DNA of 64,000 nt from the NCBI GenBank assembly GCA_963667785.2, contig CAXXMU010000002.1, positions 288,001 to 352,000 on the forward strand. Direction: 5' to 3'. The first letter of the stretch is position 1, and each line of letters begins with the position of its first letter. The stretch is from Alphaproteobacteria bacterium (GTDB lineage: Bacteria > Pseudomonadota > Alphaproteobacteria > UBA828). Of this stretch, positions 1-11,155 are shown piece by piece. The notes beneath the pieces are model-generated. The model did not search any database. It had not been told where the DNA came from and saw only the letters and a list, made by a program, of their open reading frames with translations. A program made the position numbers and the translations under genes.

Positions 1-2
1 GG

Positions 3-377
3 TCGGGGGCGTGCGTGGACGGCAAGGCCTCGGGAGAGGGGCGGCTGGTCTGGCGCAGCCGCTACGGCCGGAACGTGTACGAAGGCGGCATGGAGGCCGG
101 CAGGCGGCACGGCACGGGAACCCTGCGGCGGAGCGACGGCAGTCGCTACGTCGGCGAATGGAGCGCCGGAGAGCAGCACGGGCACGGCGTCTATACCTGG
201 GCCATCGGCCACCGCTACGCGGGCGAGTGGCGCCGCAACAGGCCGCATGGACACGGCATCGCCACCTTCGCCGACGGTGACGTTCTCGAGGGCGAGTGGC
301 GCGACGGGTGCTACGGCGAGCGAGGCGGCCTCTGGGCCGCCCTGATCGCCAGCGTCGAGGACTGCGGCTTCGAGTAG
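3..377 (+). CDS. MORN-repeat protein, 5'-truncated by the window edge
   Basis: Frame is open from base 3 (SGACVDGKASGEG...). Contains MORN repeats YEGGMEAGRRHGTG, YVGEWSAGEQHGHG, YAGEWRRNRPHGHG. Confidence 0.85.
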   Translation, partial: SGACVDGKASGEGRLVWRSRYGRNVYEGGMEAGRRHGTGTLRRSDGSRYVGEWSAGEQHGHGVYTWAIGHRYAGEWRRNRPHGHGIATFADGDVLEGEWRDGCYGERGGLWAALIASVEDCGFE

Positions 378-487
378 CCGCCCGGCGTTTCCCGACACCG
401 GGCCGGGAGGGGAGAGGCCGAACCGCTCACCCGCCCCGACGAAAGCTGCTATGAGTGGGCCTCGTCGGTACGCGTGCGGGCATCGGG

Positions 488-1327
488 ATGCCGAAGCGGT
501 TGAGCGAGGCGGAGCGGCGGGACTTCCGCGAGCGGGGCTATTGCGGTCCCCTCGAGGCGCTCGGCGCGGGCGAGGCGGCGCGCTACCGGGCGGCGCTCGA
601 GCGCTTCGAGAGGCGCTGGCCCGGCGATCTGCACACGCTCGACCAGGGCGCCTCGCTGCTGTGCCCCTGGATCGACGAGTTCATTCGCCACCCCGGTCTC
701 CTCGATCCGATGGAAGACCTGCTCGGCCCCGACCTGCTGGTCTGGGGCGTCTCGCTCCGGCTCAAGGAACCGGACGGCAGGACCTTCGCCGGCTGGCATC
801 AGGACACCGCCTACTGCGATATCAGGCCGATCGTGGTGATCGCCGCGCTCGCGCTCTCCGACTGCGGCGGCGACGCCGGCTGCCTGCGCGTGATCCCCGG
901 CTCCCACCGAGGCGCGCTGCTGCCGCATCGCGAGCACTTCGGAACCGACAGCCTGCTGACGCGTGAGCAGCAGATCGACGCGCCCGTCGACGAGAGCGCG
1001 GCGGTCCCGTTGCCCATGGCGGCGGGCGAGGCGGTCTTCTTCAACAACGCGATCTGCCATTCGTCCGGCCCCAACAGGAGCCGCGACAGGCGCATCGTCT
1101 TCCTCATCGAGTACGTGCCGACGCACGCCTACCAGCACGAGCCACGCGAATCCGCGATGCTGGTGCGCGGCGTCGACCGGTTCCACAATTTCGACGCGGA
1201 CCCGCGCCCGGCCGCGGAAATGAGCGAGGCGGCGCGGGCGGCGTGGCGGCGCAAGGTCGAGGTGCAGGCGGAGGTGCTCTACCGCGGGGCAGCGCATCCG
1301 CGGCGCGCGCTCGTAACCGGAGGATAG
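488..1327 (+). CDS. Phytanoyl-CoA dioxygenase (PhyH) family Fe(II)/2-oxoglutarate oxygenase
   Basis: WHQD (HxD) motif, GCLRVIPGSH, distal His in CHSSGPN, R-x-R 2OG-binding segment. ATG 488 preferred over GTG 455. Confidence 0.85.
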   Translation: MPKRLSEAERRDFRERGYCGPLEALGAGEAARYRAALERFERRWPGDLHTLDQGASLLCPWIDEFIRHPGLLDPMEDLLGPDLLVWGVSLRLKEPDGRTFAGWHQDTAYCDIRPIVVIAALALSDCGGDAGCLRVIPGSHRGALLPHREHFGTDSLLTREQQIDAPVDESAAVPLPMAAGEAVFFNNAICHSSGPNRSRDRRIVFLIEYVPTHAYQHEPRESAMLVRGVDRFHNFDADPRPAAEMSEAARAAWRRKVEVQAEVLYRGAAHPRRALVTGG

Positions 1328-1333
1328 ACGGCG

Positions 1334-2947
1334 ATGGCCGAGGCGCGGCGCAAGTTCTGGGGCTGGGGCCTCGAATCGGAAACGCTCGACGAGGACGGCG
1401 CGGGGCGGATCGCCCGGCGCGTGACCTCTCTCACCGGGCTCGATTTCGGCCCCTACCGGGCGCCGCCCGCCATCGACGAGGTGAGCCTTCCGGCACCGCG
1501 GGTCTCGCCGCCGGCCTCGCTCGCTGCGCTCTGCCGCAGCGACGACTACAGCCGCGCGAGCCACACCTACGGCAAGTCCTACCCGGACTATGTCCGCGCC
1601 TGGGCGCGCGACTTCGCGGCGGCGCCCGACGTGGTGGCCTGGCCGGAGGACGAGGCGGACGTCGTCACGCTGCTGGACTGGGCGGGTGATGCGGGGCTTG
1701 CGGTCATTCCCTACGGCGCGGGCTCCACCGTGGTCGGCGGCGTCGAGGCCCAGGTGGGCACCGGCTACGCCGGCACGCTGACCATCGACCTCACACGGCT
1801 GGACAAGGTGCTGGAGATCGACCGGTCCTCCCGCGCCGCCCGCATCCAGGGCGGCGTGCTCGGGCCCGCGCTCGAGGCCCAGCTCAGGCCGGCGGGCCTC
1901 ACGCTCCGGCACTTCCCGCAGTCGTTCGCCTTCTCGACCCTCGGCGGCTGGATCGCCACCCGCTCCGGCGGTCACTACGCCACCCTCTACACCCACATCG
2001 ACGAGTTCGTGGAGAGCCTGCGCACGGTGACGCCGGCAGGCGTGCTGGAGAGCCGCCGCCTGCCGGGATCCGGCGCGGGCCCCAGCCCCGATCGCCTGAT
2101 GATCGGCTCGGAAGGCTCGCTCGGCATCATCACCGAGGCCTGGATGCGGCTGCAGGACCGCCCCACCCACCGCGCCTCGGCCGCGCTCCGCTTCGCCGAT
2201 TTCGGCGGGGCCGCGGCGGCGCTCCGCGCCGTGGGCCAGGCCGGCCTCTATCCCACCAACCTGCGCCTGGTCGATTCCGAAGAGGCCCGGCTCGCGGGCG
2301 CGGGCGACGGCAGCTTCCACCTCGCGGTGCTGGCTTTCGAGAGCGCGGACCATCCCGTCGATGCGTGGATGGCGCGTGCGCTGGAATGCATGGCCGATCA
2401 CGGTGCAGGCTTCGACAGCGACGCGGCGACCCGGGCCCGCGATCCGCTCGCCGATGCCTGGCGCGAGGCCTTCATCCGGGCGCCCTACGACCGCGAGGGG
2501 CTGATCGCTCACGGCCTGCTGCACGACACCTTCGAGACCGCGATCACCTGGGACCGCTTCGAGGAGTTCCACGCCGGCGTCAAGGCGGCGACGGAAGCGG
2601 CGATCGTTGAAGCGACCGGCAGACCGGGCCACGTCACCTGCCGCTTCACCCACGTCTATCCGGACGGGCCGGCGCCCTACTTCACCTATCACGCCAAGCC
2701 CGCGCCCGGTGCCGAGATCGAGCAGTGGCGGGCGATCAAGACCGCCGCCTCCGACGCGCTGATCCGGGCGGGCGGGACGATCACCCACCACCACGCCGTC
2801 GGCCGCGACCACATGCCCTGGTACGAGGCGCAGCGGCCCGCTCTCTTCGGCGAGGCGCTGGCGGCGGCCAAGCGCGCTCTCGACCCCGACGAGATCCTCA
2901 ATCCCGGCGTCCTCCTCCCGCCCCGGCGGGCGGCAGCAGCGGGCTAG
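1334..2947 (+). CDS. FAD-binding oxidoreductase, alkyl-DHAP synthase (AgpS)-like
   Basis: PYGAGSTVVGG, HFPQSFAFSTLGGWIATRSGG, GSEGSLGIITE and C-terminal ITHHHAVG...DP..ILNPG, typical of the VAO/PCMH AGPS family. Confidence 0.85.
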   Translation: MAEARRKFWGWGLESETLDEDGAGRIARRVTSLTGLDFGPYRAPPAIDEVSLPAPRVSPPASLAALCRSDDYSRASHTYGKSYPDYVRAWARDFAAAPDVVAWPEDEADVVTLLDWAGDAGLAVIPYGAGSTVVGGVEAQVGTGYAGTLTIDLTRLDKVLEIDRSSRAARIQGGVLGPALEAQLRPAGLTLRHFPQSFAFSTLGGWIATRSGGHYATLYTHIDEFVESLRTVTPAGVLESRRLPGSGAGPSPDRLMIGSEGSLGIITEAWMRLQDRPTHRASAALRFADFGGAAAALRAVGQAGLYPTNLRLVDSEEARLAGAGDGSFHLAVLAFESADHPVDAWMARALECMADHGAGFDSDAATRARDPLADAWREAFIRAPYDREGLIAHGLLHDTFETAITWDRFEEFHAGVKAATEAAIVEATGRPGHVTCRFTHVYPDGPAPYFTYHAKPAPGAEIEQWRAIKTAASDALIRAGGTITHHHAVGRDHMPWYEAQRPALFGEALAAAKRALDPDEILNPGVLLPPRRAAAAG

Positions 2948-4611
2948 CTCTCGCTCTGCGCCCCCGGCAGAGCCGAGTCGGGCAGGGCCTTGGTCTCGGG
3001 CTCGGCCGGCGGCGGCCGGCCGGCGATCACGGCTTCTGCGGCGATGGCGCGGGCGGCGGCGGGCACCGCCGTGCGCAGCGCCGTGCGGACCACCTTCGTC
3101 GGGTCGACGATGCCTGCCCGCGCGAGGTCGCGGAAGCGCCGCGTCGCCGCGTCGTAGCCCCAGCGCGGATTGTCCTGCGCCAGCACGCGCGCGATGGCGT
3201 AGGAGCCTTCGCCGCCGGCGTTCTCCGCGATCCGCCGCGCCGGCGCCTTCAGCGCGGCGCCGAGGGCCGCCATGCCCATCGCTTCGTCGGCACCGGCCGG
3301 GCTGAGTGCGCCGAGCGCGCGGGAGGCCTGCAACAGGGCGACGCCGCCGCCCGGCACCACGCCCTCGGCGGCGGCCGCGCGAGCCGCGTTCAGCGCGTCC
3401 GACGCGCGCTCCTTGCGGGCGCGGAGCTCCGCCTCGGTCGCGCCGCCGAGGCGGAGGTGGGCGATGCCCGCAGCGAGCCGGGCGAGGCGCTCCTGCAGCT
3501 TCTCGCGGTCGAAGCTGAGATATTTTTCCGCCTCGGCCTCGCGGCGGAGCATGGCGCAGCGCTGCTCGATCGCCGTCCTGTCACCGGCGCCTTCCACGAT
3601 GGTGGTGCGGTCGCGGGCGACGTGGACCCGCTTCGCCGCCCCCAGCATGTCAGGCTTCAGGTTCTCCAGCGCGTTGCCGAGCTCGTCGGTGACGATCTGG
3701 CCGCCGGTCGCGAGCGCGATGTCCTCCAGCATCGGCTTGCGCCACTGCCCAAAGCCCGGCGCCTTGACCGCGGCGACGCGGAGCCCGCCCTGCTGCTTGT
3801 TGACGATCAACGTCGCCAGTGCGTCGCCCACCACGTCCTCGGCAACGACGAGGAGCGAGTGCGACGATTTCGCGAAGGCGCGGAGCGCCGGCAGGATCGC
3901 GTCCATGCTGGAGATCGTCTTCTCGTGCATGAGCACGTAGGCGTCCTCGAGCGCGACCGTCATGTCGCGCTGATCGGTGACGAAGGCCGACGAGACGTAG
4001 CCCTTGTCGAAGCTCATGCCCTCGTGCACCGAGAGCTCGGTCTCCACGCCCTGCGCCTCCTCGACGGTGACGACGCCGTCGGGGCCGACCCGGCGGATGG
4101 CGTCTGCCAGGTGCCGCGCGATCTCCGCATCGCCGCCGGCGGCCAGCCCGGCCACGCGCTCGAGCCCGCCCTCTGCCGGCAGCGGGCGGGACTGCGCGTC
4201 GAGCGCCGCCGTGACCGCCGCCAGCCCGTGCTCGATGCCGCGCATCACGCTCATGGGATCGGCGCCCGCGGCAGTGGCACGGTGGCCCTCCGCCATGAGC
4301 GCCGCCGCCAGCACCATGGCGGTGGTGGAGCCGTCGCCCACCTCGTCGGTCACCTTGGAGCCCACGTGGCGGATCAGCCGGCCGCCCATGTCCTCGAAGC
4401 GGTCGGCGAGGTCGATGTGGCGGGCGATGGTGTAGCCGTCGGTGGAGACCCAGGGCTGGGCGTGGCGGCGCTCGATCAGCACCGCGCGCCCGCCAGGGCC
4501 GAGGGTGGCGCCGACGATATGGCCCACGGTGGTGGCGCCCTGCAGCAGCCCGTCCCTGGCCTCGGTTCCGATGCCGACGCGCTTCGGCCCCGGAATGCCG
4601 CCTATCATCAT
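2944..4611 (-). CDS. groEL: Divergent chaperonin GroEL (Cpn60) paralogue
   Basis: TLGPGGR, GDGSTT, EGMSFDKGY, AVKAPGFG, DREKLQERLARL, EGVVPGGG, GIVDPTKV. No GGM tail and no adjacent groES. Confidence 0.9.
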   Translation of the reverse strand: MMIGGIPGPKRVGIGTEARDGLLQGATTVGHIVGATLGPGGRAVLIERRHAQPWVSTDGYTIARHIDLADRFEDMGGRLIRHVGSKVTDEVGDGSTTAMVLAAALMAEGHRATAAGADPMSVMRGIEHGLAAVTAALDAQSRPLPAEGGLERVAGLAAGGDAEIARHLADAIRRVGPDGVVTVEEAQGVETELSVHEGMSFDKGYVSSAFVTDQRDMTVALEDAYVLMHEKTISSMDAILPALRAFAKSSHSLLVVAEDVVGDALATLIVNKQQGGLRVAAVKAPGFGQWRKPMLEDIALATGGQIVTDELGNALENLKPDMLGAAKRVHVARDRTTIVEGAGDRTAIEQRCAMLRREAEAEKYLSFDREKLQERLARLAAGIAHLRLGGATEAELRARKERASDALNAARAAAAEGVVPGGGVALLQASRALGALSPAGADEAMGMAALGAALKAPARRIAENAGGEGSYAIARVLAQDNPRWGYDAATRRFRDLARAGIVDPTKVVRTALRTAVPAAARAIAAEAVIAGRPPPAEPETKALPDSALPGAQSES

Positions 4612-4665
4612 GCCGCGCGCCGTGCCTGCCGGCTTGTGCCAATCGGGAGTCGTGTCGGCGGCGGC

Positions 4666-5610
4666 TCAGCCGTCGTAGTCGATCGGCGTCGCCTCGCGGT
4701 CGTCCTCGTGGCGCTGCCAGTAGAGGCCGCGCAGCCTCTCGGTCACCGGGCCGACCGTGCCGTCGGCCACGGGCTCGTGGTCGATCCTGGTGACCGGCAG
4801 GATGCCGCCCGCCGTGCTGGTGAGGAAGATCTCGTCGGCGCCGCGCAGATCGCCCGGCGAGACGGTGCCGACCTCGCCCGTGACGTTGAGCTCCGCCAGG
4901 AGGTCGAGGGCGGTGCGCCGGGTTATCCCTTCCAGGCAGGTGCCACCCGGAGTCGTCGCGATGCCGCCCTTCACGGCGAAGACGTTGAAGCCCGGCCCCT
5001 CGGCGATGTTGCCGTCGAGATCGACCACCACCGGCATGTCGCAGCCCGCCTCGTAGCTCTCGAACAGCGCGCGGATCATGTCGCCCCAGTGGAAGTTCTT
5101 GGCTGTGGGGTCGACCGAGGCCGGCGGAATGCGCACGTAGCCGCTCAGGTGCAGGTTGATGCCGCGGGCGCGCATCTCCTCGTCCGCGATCCAGACGAAG
5201 GGGATGGCGAAGGCGATGAAGCGGTTCTCGCAGGCGCGCGGATCGCGGGTCCCTTTCGGCGGCATGCCGCGGGTGCAGAGCACCTCGACGTAGGCGTCGC
5301 GCAGCCGGCTGAGGCGCATGAGCCGCATCAGGATGGCCACGACCTCCTCGCGCTCGTGGGGGATCGTCATGCGGACGCTGGCGAGGCTCTTCTCGAAGCG
5401 GTCGAGGTGGTGATCGAGGCGGAAGAACTTGCCGCCCCAGACGTGGACCACGTCGTAGGTGACGTCCGAGCGGGTGAAGCCCCAGTCCAGGATCGGAATC
5501 CGCGCCTCGGCGATCGGCACGTAGGCGCCGTCGATGAAGGCGGCGCCCTCTGCAAAGCGGTTCTCAAGCCTCACGACTCCGTCGGGCGTCGCTTCAGTGA
5601 CCCGTGCCAT
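4666..5610 (-). CDS. Fold IV PLP aminotransferase, (R)-selective amine transaminase-like
   Basis: LDWGFTRSDVTYDV, FRLDHHLDR, RDAYVE, DPTAKNFHWGD (catalytic K), EGPGFN, LEGITR, TSTAGG. Start taken at MARVTE. Confidence 0.85.
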   Translation of the reverse strand: MARVTEATPDGVVRLENRFAEGAAFIDGAYVPIAEARIPILDWGFTRSDVTYDVVHVWGGKFFRLDHHLDRFEKSLASVRMTIPHEREEVVAILMRLMRLSRLRDAYVEVLCTRGMPPKGTRDPRACENRFIAFAIPFVWIADEEMRARGINLHLSGYVRIPPASVDPTAKNFHWGDMIRALFESYEAGCDMPVVVDLDGNIAEGPGFNVFAVKGGIATTPGGTCLEGITRRTALDLLAELNVTGEVGTVSPGDLRGADEIFLTSTAGGILPVTRIDHEPVADGTVGPVTERLRGLYWQRHEDDREATPIDYDG

Positions 5611-5702
5611 CGGCGGTCTCCCAAGTGTGCGGTGCAGGATGCTTCGAGGCCGACAGTGTGCCGCATCGCGCGCGCCGGCGCGACCCGTGCGCGGTTCCCG
5701 GC

Positions 5703-6542
5703 TCACACCGGCACGGTGCCCTCGATGAGGATGCGCAGCAGGCGGCGGGGGTGGTCGCCCTCGTGGGCAGACGCCCTGTGCATGGTGCAGCGGTTGTCCC
5801 AGATCACGATGTCGTCCGGCGCCCAGGCATGGACGTGGACGAAGGCCGGGCGGGTCGCGCGCTCGATCAGCTCGTCGAGCAGGGCGTCGCCTTCGTCGAG
5901 CGGCATGCCGCGGACATGGTCGATGCGGTTGGGGTTGAGATAGAGCGCCTTGCGGCCGGTCTCCGGGTGGGTGCGCACCAGCGGGTGGGTCACCGGCGGG
6001 GTGCGCGCCTTCTCCTCGGCGGAGCGCTCCGGCACCGGCGAGAGGTTGCGCCGCGACTGGTAGGTATGGATGGCGCCGAGCCCGGCGATGCGCGCCTTGA
6101 GCGCCGCAGGCAGCGCCTCGTAGGCGGCGTGCATGTTGGTGAACGAGGTATCGCCACCGCTCGGCGGCACCACCTCGCCGTAGAGCAGCGTCACCGCGCA
6201 CGGCATCGCCATGTAGGAATCGTCGGTGTGCCAGTGGCCGCCGAAGGTAGCCCGCTTGCCGGTGGCGGTGCTGATCCCCCGCTCGCGTTCCACCAGCGAG
6301 ATCTCGGGGAAGTCCGGATCGCGCAGGACGCCCATCAGTTCCCGCTGAGGTCTGCCGAAGACGCGGCCGAGGCGCAAGAAAGTCTCGGGCGTCGCGCGGC
6401 AACCGCGGATGCAGAGCATCGGGCTCGCCAGCAAGGCGCGGCGGAGCGCCTCTTCGTCCGCCGGCGACTGCGCCTCCAGGTCGAGCCCAGTCACCACCGC
6501 GCCGAGCCCGGTCGCGCCCGGATCCTTAATGCTGATGCTCAC
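5703..6542 (-). CDS. TauD/TfdA family 2-oxoglutarate dioxygenase
   Basis: WHTDDSY, GGDTSF, HPLVRTHPETGRKALY, WDNRCTMHRA. Confidence 0.9.
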   Translation of the reverse strand: MSISIKDPGATGLGAVVTGLDLEAQSPADEEALRRALLASPMLCIRGCRATPETFLRLGRVFGRPQRELMGVLRDPDFPEISLVERERGISTATGKRATFGGHWHTDDSYMAMPCAVTLLYGEVVPPSGGDTSFTNMHAAYEALPAALKARIAGLGAIHTYQSRRNLSPVPERSAEEKARTPPVTHPLVRTHPETGRKALYLNPNRIDHVRGMPLDEGDALLDELIERATRPAFVHVHAWAPDDIVIWDNRCTMHRASAHEGDHPRRLLRILIEGTVPV

Positions 6543-9400
6543 CGCTCGTGCCCGACGAACGCGCGCGTGATCTCCACGGCCTCGGCGAGGCCGACGCGCT
6601 CCACTTCGACGCCGGGGGGGAAGGCGCCGGCGAGCCGGCTCGGCAGCGCCGGGTCGAGCAGGACGAAGACGCCGCGGTCGTCGGCCCGGCGCACCAGCCG
6701 ACCGTAGGCCTGGCGCAGGCGGCCGCGCGTGAGCCGGTCGTCGTAGCGGCTGCCGCCGAAGACCCGGCGCCGGGCCTTGTGCAGGATGTCAGGCCGCGGC
6801 CACGGCACCCGGTCGAAGACGATCAGCCTGAGGCTCCGCCCGGGCACGTCGACGCCGTCGCGCACCGCATCGGTGCCGAGCAGGCAGGCGTCGGCCTCGG
6901 CGCGGAAAATGTCGACCAGGGTCGTCGTATCCAGCGGGTCCACGTGCTGGGCCCAGAGCATGATGCCGGCTTCGTCCAGGGCGTCCGCGATCCGTCCGTG
7001 GACCGCGCGCAGCCGGGCGATGGCGGTGAAGAGGCCGAGCGCGCCGCCGGCCGACGCGAGGAAGAGCGCGCGGTAGGCCGCCGCGACGCGATCCGGCTGG
7101 TTCCGCCGCACGTCCGTGACCACGAGCACGCGTGTCTGCGCGCCATAGTCGAAAGGAGAGGGGAGGGTGGCGCGCACCGCCGGCGTCTTGAGGTGGCGGC
7201 CGCCGGTCGCGGCCTCCGCCGCGGCCCAGTCCCGCTCCGCCTCGCCGCTGCCGTCACGCAGCGTCGCCGAGGTGATGAGCGCGCCATGGGCGCGGCCCAT
7301 GACGAATTCGGCGAAGGGAATGGTCGGGTCCACGTAGTGACAGTGCATGCCGACGTCGATGTCGCGCCCGTCCGAGCGGCTGATCGCGAACCAGAGGACG
7401 AAGCCCTCCGGGTCGGGGGCAGGGCCGGGGCCATCTTCCGCTCCCGGCTCGTCGCCCACTTCCGAGGGGTCCTTCACCGACGTCAACATGGAGCGCCAGG
7501 CGCCGAGCTGCTCGTTGACCCGGCGCTCGATGCCGCGCGCCGCGGCCTCGATGCGCTGGCGCTCGGCGCTCTCCAGGCTGTCCGCCTCCTGGTCGAGGAG
7601 CGCAGCCAGGGCGGCGGCGAGCTGCTGGAGCGGCTGCGCGATGTCGGCCAGCGCTGCGCCGAGCGCCGTGGCGGCCGCGGCCAGTCCCGGAACCGGCGGG
7701 TTCACCTGCGCCTCGATGCCGTAGCCGCTCTCGGGATGGGGGGCGCGCGCGAGCACCTGGGTGCGCACCAGCGCGAGGAAGCGCTCGCACGGCCCCTGCG
7801 GCGCGCCGGCCGCGAGCCGCTGGTGCCAGTCGTTGCCCGGCAGCGCGCGGGCCGCCCTGAGCGCCGCCTCGAGAAGCTCGTGCGCCGCCTCCCGCCCCTC
7901 GAGCAGGTCGCCGATGCGGCTGCTGAGCCCCCGCGCCCGGCCGTCGTCGCCCCGGCCGCGCGATTCGGGCCCGAGCAGCCAGCGCCTGAGCTCCCGCGTC
8001 TCCGCGCCGCTGAGACGCGCGGCGAAGGCGCTGTCCGCCGCGTCGAAGAGATGGTGCCCCTCGTCGAGCACGTAGCGGGTGGGCGCGCCGCGCTCGTCGC
8101 CGGTGCCGAAGGCCGCGCGCGCCGCCTGCACCATGAGCAGCGCGTGGTTGGCGATCACCATGTCCGCGCGCCGGGCCGCGCGCTGGCTCTTCTCGATGAA
8201 GCAGCGGCGGTAGTGCGTGCATGCGCTGTGGATGCATTCGCCGCGCCGGTCCGCGAGACCGCGCGTGCGGCCGTAGCCGAGAAGGTCGGCGAGCCAGGCC
8301 GGCAGGTCGCCGCCGGTCAGGTCGCCGTCGCGCGTGGCCGCGGCCCAGCGCGCCATCAGGCCGAGCGCGATCCGCTCCGCCGGCACCAGCGCGCTGCGCC
8401 CCAGCGCCTCCTCCATGTTGAGCAGGCAGAGATAGTTCTCGCGCCCCTTGCGCAGCACCACCTTCTCCGCCTTCGCACGTGGCTCGGGGTAGAGCCGGTC
8501 GAGCTCCCCGTCGATCTGACGCTGCAGGTTGCGGGTGAAGGTGGAGAGCCAGACCGTGCCCTCGTTGCGCTCCGCCCAGAGGCTCGCCGGCGCGATGTAG
8601 CCGAGGGTCTTGCCGACGCCGGTGCCGGCCTCCGCCAGCACCACGCGGGGATGCTCCTCCTCGTCCACGGGGTCGAAGGCAGCGCACGCAGCGGACGCGT
8701 AGTCGGCCTGCTCGGGCCGGGGCTCGGCGGCGTCGCCGAGCAGCAGCGCGAGCCGCTTCCGCGCCGCGGCGGGGGGCACCGGGTCGTGCCCCGGCGGTGG
8801 TGGCGGCGCGCTCTCCTGCCAGTCCTTGAGCCGGGTCCAGACGGCGAGCGCGCTCGCCTCGCTCACGGGTCCCGCGCCCGCTGCCACCCGCCCGCCCGCC
8901 GCGAGTGCGGAGAGCACCGCATCGCCCCAGGGCCAGCCGGCGCGATCCATGGCGCGGGCGATGGCGGGCGCCGCCTCAGCGCCTGCGAGGCCCGGCCCCG
9001 CGAGGGTCGCGAGGAGCTGACGGGCGGCGGCGAGTAGAGTCTCCGCCTCGTCCTCGCCAGTCTCGGGCAGGGCGAGCCCGAGCGTGCGGGCAAGACCGCG
9101 CACCGTCGGCACGGCAAGCCGCGCCGGGTGGACGAAGGCGAAGAGCTCCAGCAGGTCGAGCGCCGCGAGGCCGGGCAGGCCGAGCCTGCGGGCGGTGGCC
9201 CGTGCGTGGCAGACGTAGAGCATCGGCCCGGCGGCACCGAGACGCTCACGGGCCGCGTCGTGGGAGAGGCGCGCGGCCGTGCCGTCCTCGTCCAGCCAGA
9301 CCGCGTGGCGCGGCGTCACCACCAGCGCCGGCGCGCGCGGCAGAGGCGGCAGCGCGGCGGCGGGCGGGGAGGGCTCGCGGGACTCGGCGGAGGCGGGCAT
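6539..9400 (-). CDS. dinG: ATP-dependent DNA helicase, DinG family
   Basis: Walker [18 protein letters not shown], Fe-S cysteines (ECIHSAC...RC), [24 protein letters not shown]. Confidence 0.9.
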   Translation of the reverse strand: MPASAESREPSPPAAALPPLPRAPALVVTPRHAVWLDEDGTAARLSHDAARERLGAAGPMLYVCHARATARRLGLPGLAALDLLELFAFVHPARLAVPTVRGLARTLGLALPETGEDEAETLLAAARQLLATLAGPGLAGAEAAPAIARAMDRAGWPWGDAVLSALAAGGRVAAGAGPVSEASALAVWTRLKDWQESAPPPPPGHDPVPPAAARKRLALLLGDAAEPRPEQADYASAACAAFDPVDEEEHPRVVLAEAGTGVGKTLGYIAPASLWAERNEGTVWLSTFTRNLQRQIDGELDRLYPEPRAKAEKVVLRKGRENYLCLLNMEEALGRSALVPAERIALGLMARWAAATRDGDLTGGDLPAWLADLLGYGRTRGLADRRGECIHSACTHYRRCFIEKSQRAARRADMVIANHALLMVQAARAAFGTGDERGAPTRYVLDEGHHLFDAADSAFAARLSGAETRELRRWLLGPESRGRGDDGRARGLSSRIGDLLEGREAAHELLEAALRAARALPGNDWHQRLAAGAPQGPCERFLALVRTQVLARAPHPESGYGIEAQVNPPVPGLAAAATALGAALADIAQPLQQLAAALAALLDQEADSLESAERQRIEAAARGIERRVNEQLGAWRSMLTSVKDPSEVGDEPGAEDGPGPAPDPEGFVLWFAISRSDGRDIDVGMHCHYVDPTIPFAEFVMGRAHGALITSATLRDGSGEAERDWAAAEAATGGRHLKTPAVRATLPSPFDYGAQTRVLVVTDVRRNQPDRVAAAYRALFLASAGGALGLFTAIARLRAVHGRIADALDEAGIMLWAQHVDPLDTTTLVDIFRAEADACLLGTDAVRDGVDVPGRSLRLIVFDRVPWPRPDILHKARRRVFGGSRYDDRLTRGRLRQAYGRLVRRADDRGVFVLLDPALPSRLAGAFPPGVEVERVGLAEAVEITRAFVGHER

Positions 9401-9471
9401 CGCGCGGGAGTATAGCGGTTGACGGGCGCAGGCGGCCCGGCGCATGTTCGCGCGGTTCCCGGACCCCGACG

Positions 9472-11067
9472 ATGACCGAGCCCACAGACGACCTTCGGGC
9501 GCTGGCCCAGAGCGCCAAGGCCTGGCCCTTCAGGGAGGCCCAGGCGCTGCTGAAGCGGATCGGCGGCAAGACGCCGGCGAAGGGCCATGCGCTGTTCGAG
9601 ACCGGCTACGGCCCCTCGGGCCTGCCCCACATCGGCACCTTCGCCGAGGTCGCGCGCACGACCATGGTACGCCACGCCTTCGCGACGCTGAGCGACATCC
9701 CGACGCACCTGGTCGCGTTCTCCGACGACATGGACGCGCTGCGCAAGGTGCCGGACAACATCCCCGAACGGGCGATGGTGGAGGAGCATCTCGGCAAGCC
9801 GCTTACCCAAATCCCCGACCCCTTCGGTACCCACGAGAGCTTCGGCGCGCACAACAACGCGCGGCTGCGCGCCTTCCTCGACGACTTCGGCTTCGAGTAC
9901 ACGTTCAAGAGCTCGAGCGAGGCCTATCGCTCGGGCGAGTTCGACGGCGCGCTCCTGGACGTGCTGCGCAGCTACGACGAGATCATGCGCATCATCCTGC
10001 CGACGCTCGGGCCCGAGCGGCAGGCGACCTACAGCCCCTTTCTGCCGCTCTGCCCCAAGACCGGCCGCGTGTTGCAGGTGCCGATCACGGCCCGCGACGA
10101 GGATGCGGGCACGGTGAGCTACGTCGACGAGGAGGGCGGGACCGTGACCGTCCCGGTCACCGGCGGGGCCTGCAAGCTGCAGTGGAAGGCGGACTGGGCG
10201 ATGCGCTGGCATGCGCTCGGCGTCGACTACGAGATGGCGGGGAAGGACCTGATCAGCTCGGTCGAGCTCTCCGGCAAGGTCTGCCGCGCGCTGGGGTCCA
10301 GGCCGCCCGCCGGCTTCATCTACGAGCTCTTCCTCGATGAGAACGGGGAGAAGATTTCCAAGTCGCGCGGCAATGGCCTCGCCATCGAAGAATGGCTCGC
10401 CTACGGCTCGCGCGATTCGCTCTCGCTCTACATGTACAACGCGCCGAGGCGCGCCAAGCGGCTCTATTTCGACGTGATCCCGCGCCACGTGGACGACCAC
10501 CTCACCCACCTCGCAAAGTACCGGGAGCAGGGGCCGGCCGAGCGGCTGGAGAGCCCGGCCTGGCACATTCACGCAGGCCGCCCGCCCGCGCCGGAGACGG
10601 GGCTGAGCTACGGCGTGCTCCTCAATCTCGCGAGCGTCTGCAATACCGAGGACCCGGCGGTGCTGTGGGGCTTCATCGCCCGCTACGTGCCGGGGGCCGC
10701 GCCCGAGACCGCGCCCATCCTCGACGCGCTGGTGGGCCTCGCGCTCACCTACTACCGCGACGTGGTGAAGCCGGCCAAGGCCTACCGTGCGCCGGCGCCT
10801 CACGAGCGGGCGGCGCTCGACGACCTGCGCGCCGTGCTGGCTGGGCTGCCGGCGGACGCGGGCGCCGAGGCGATCCAGACGGAGGTCTACGAGGTTGGCA
10901 AGCGCCACCCCTTCGAGTCGCTCCGCGACTGGTTCCGCGCGCTCTACGAGATCCTCCTGGGCCAGAGCCAAGGCCCCCGCATGGGCTCCTTCATCGCCCT
11001 CTACGGGCTGGCGGAGACGGTCGCGCTGATCGACCGCGTGCTGGCCGGCGAGGACCTCGCGGCCTAA
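9472..11067 (+). CDS. lysS: Lysine--tRNA ligase (class I)
   Basis: [26 protein letters not shown]-terminal GPRMGSF. Confidence 0.95.
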   Translation: MTEPTDDLRALAQSAKAWPFREAQALLKRIGGKTPAKGHALFETGYGPSGLPHIGTFAEVARTTMVRHAFATLSDIPTHLVAFSDDMDALRKVPDNIPERAMVEEHLGKPLTQIPDPFGTHESFGAHNNARLRAFLDDFGFEYTFKSSSEAYRSGEFDGALLDVLRSYDEIMRIILPTLGPERQATYSPFLPLCPKTGRVLQVPITARDEDAGTVSYVDEEGGTVTVPVTGGACKLQWKADWAMRWHALGVDYEMAGKDLISSVELSGKVCRALGSRPPAGFIYELFLDENGEKISKSRGNGLAIEEWLAYGSRDSLSLYMYNAPRRAKRLYFDVIPRHVDDHLTHLAKYREQGPAERLESPAWHIHAGRPPAPETGLSYGVLLNLASVCNTEDPAVLWGFIARYVPGAAPETAPILDALVGLALTYYRDVVKPAKAYRAPAPHERAALDDLRAVLAGLPADAGAEAIQTEVYEVGKRHPFESLRDWFRALYEILLGQSQGPRMGSFIALYGLAETVALIDRVLAGEDLAA

Positions 11068-11155
11068 CTCCCGCCTCTCTCGCAGGCGCCGGGAAGGTTT
11101 GCTACTGTCGCTTCCGAATTCGCCAACCGCGACCCATGCGAGAGGAGACCAGCCG

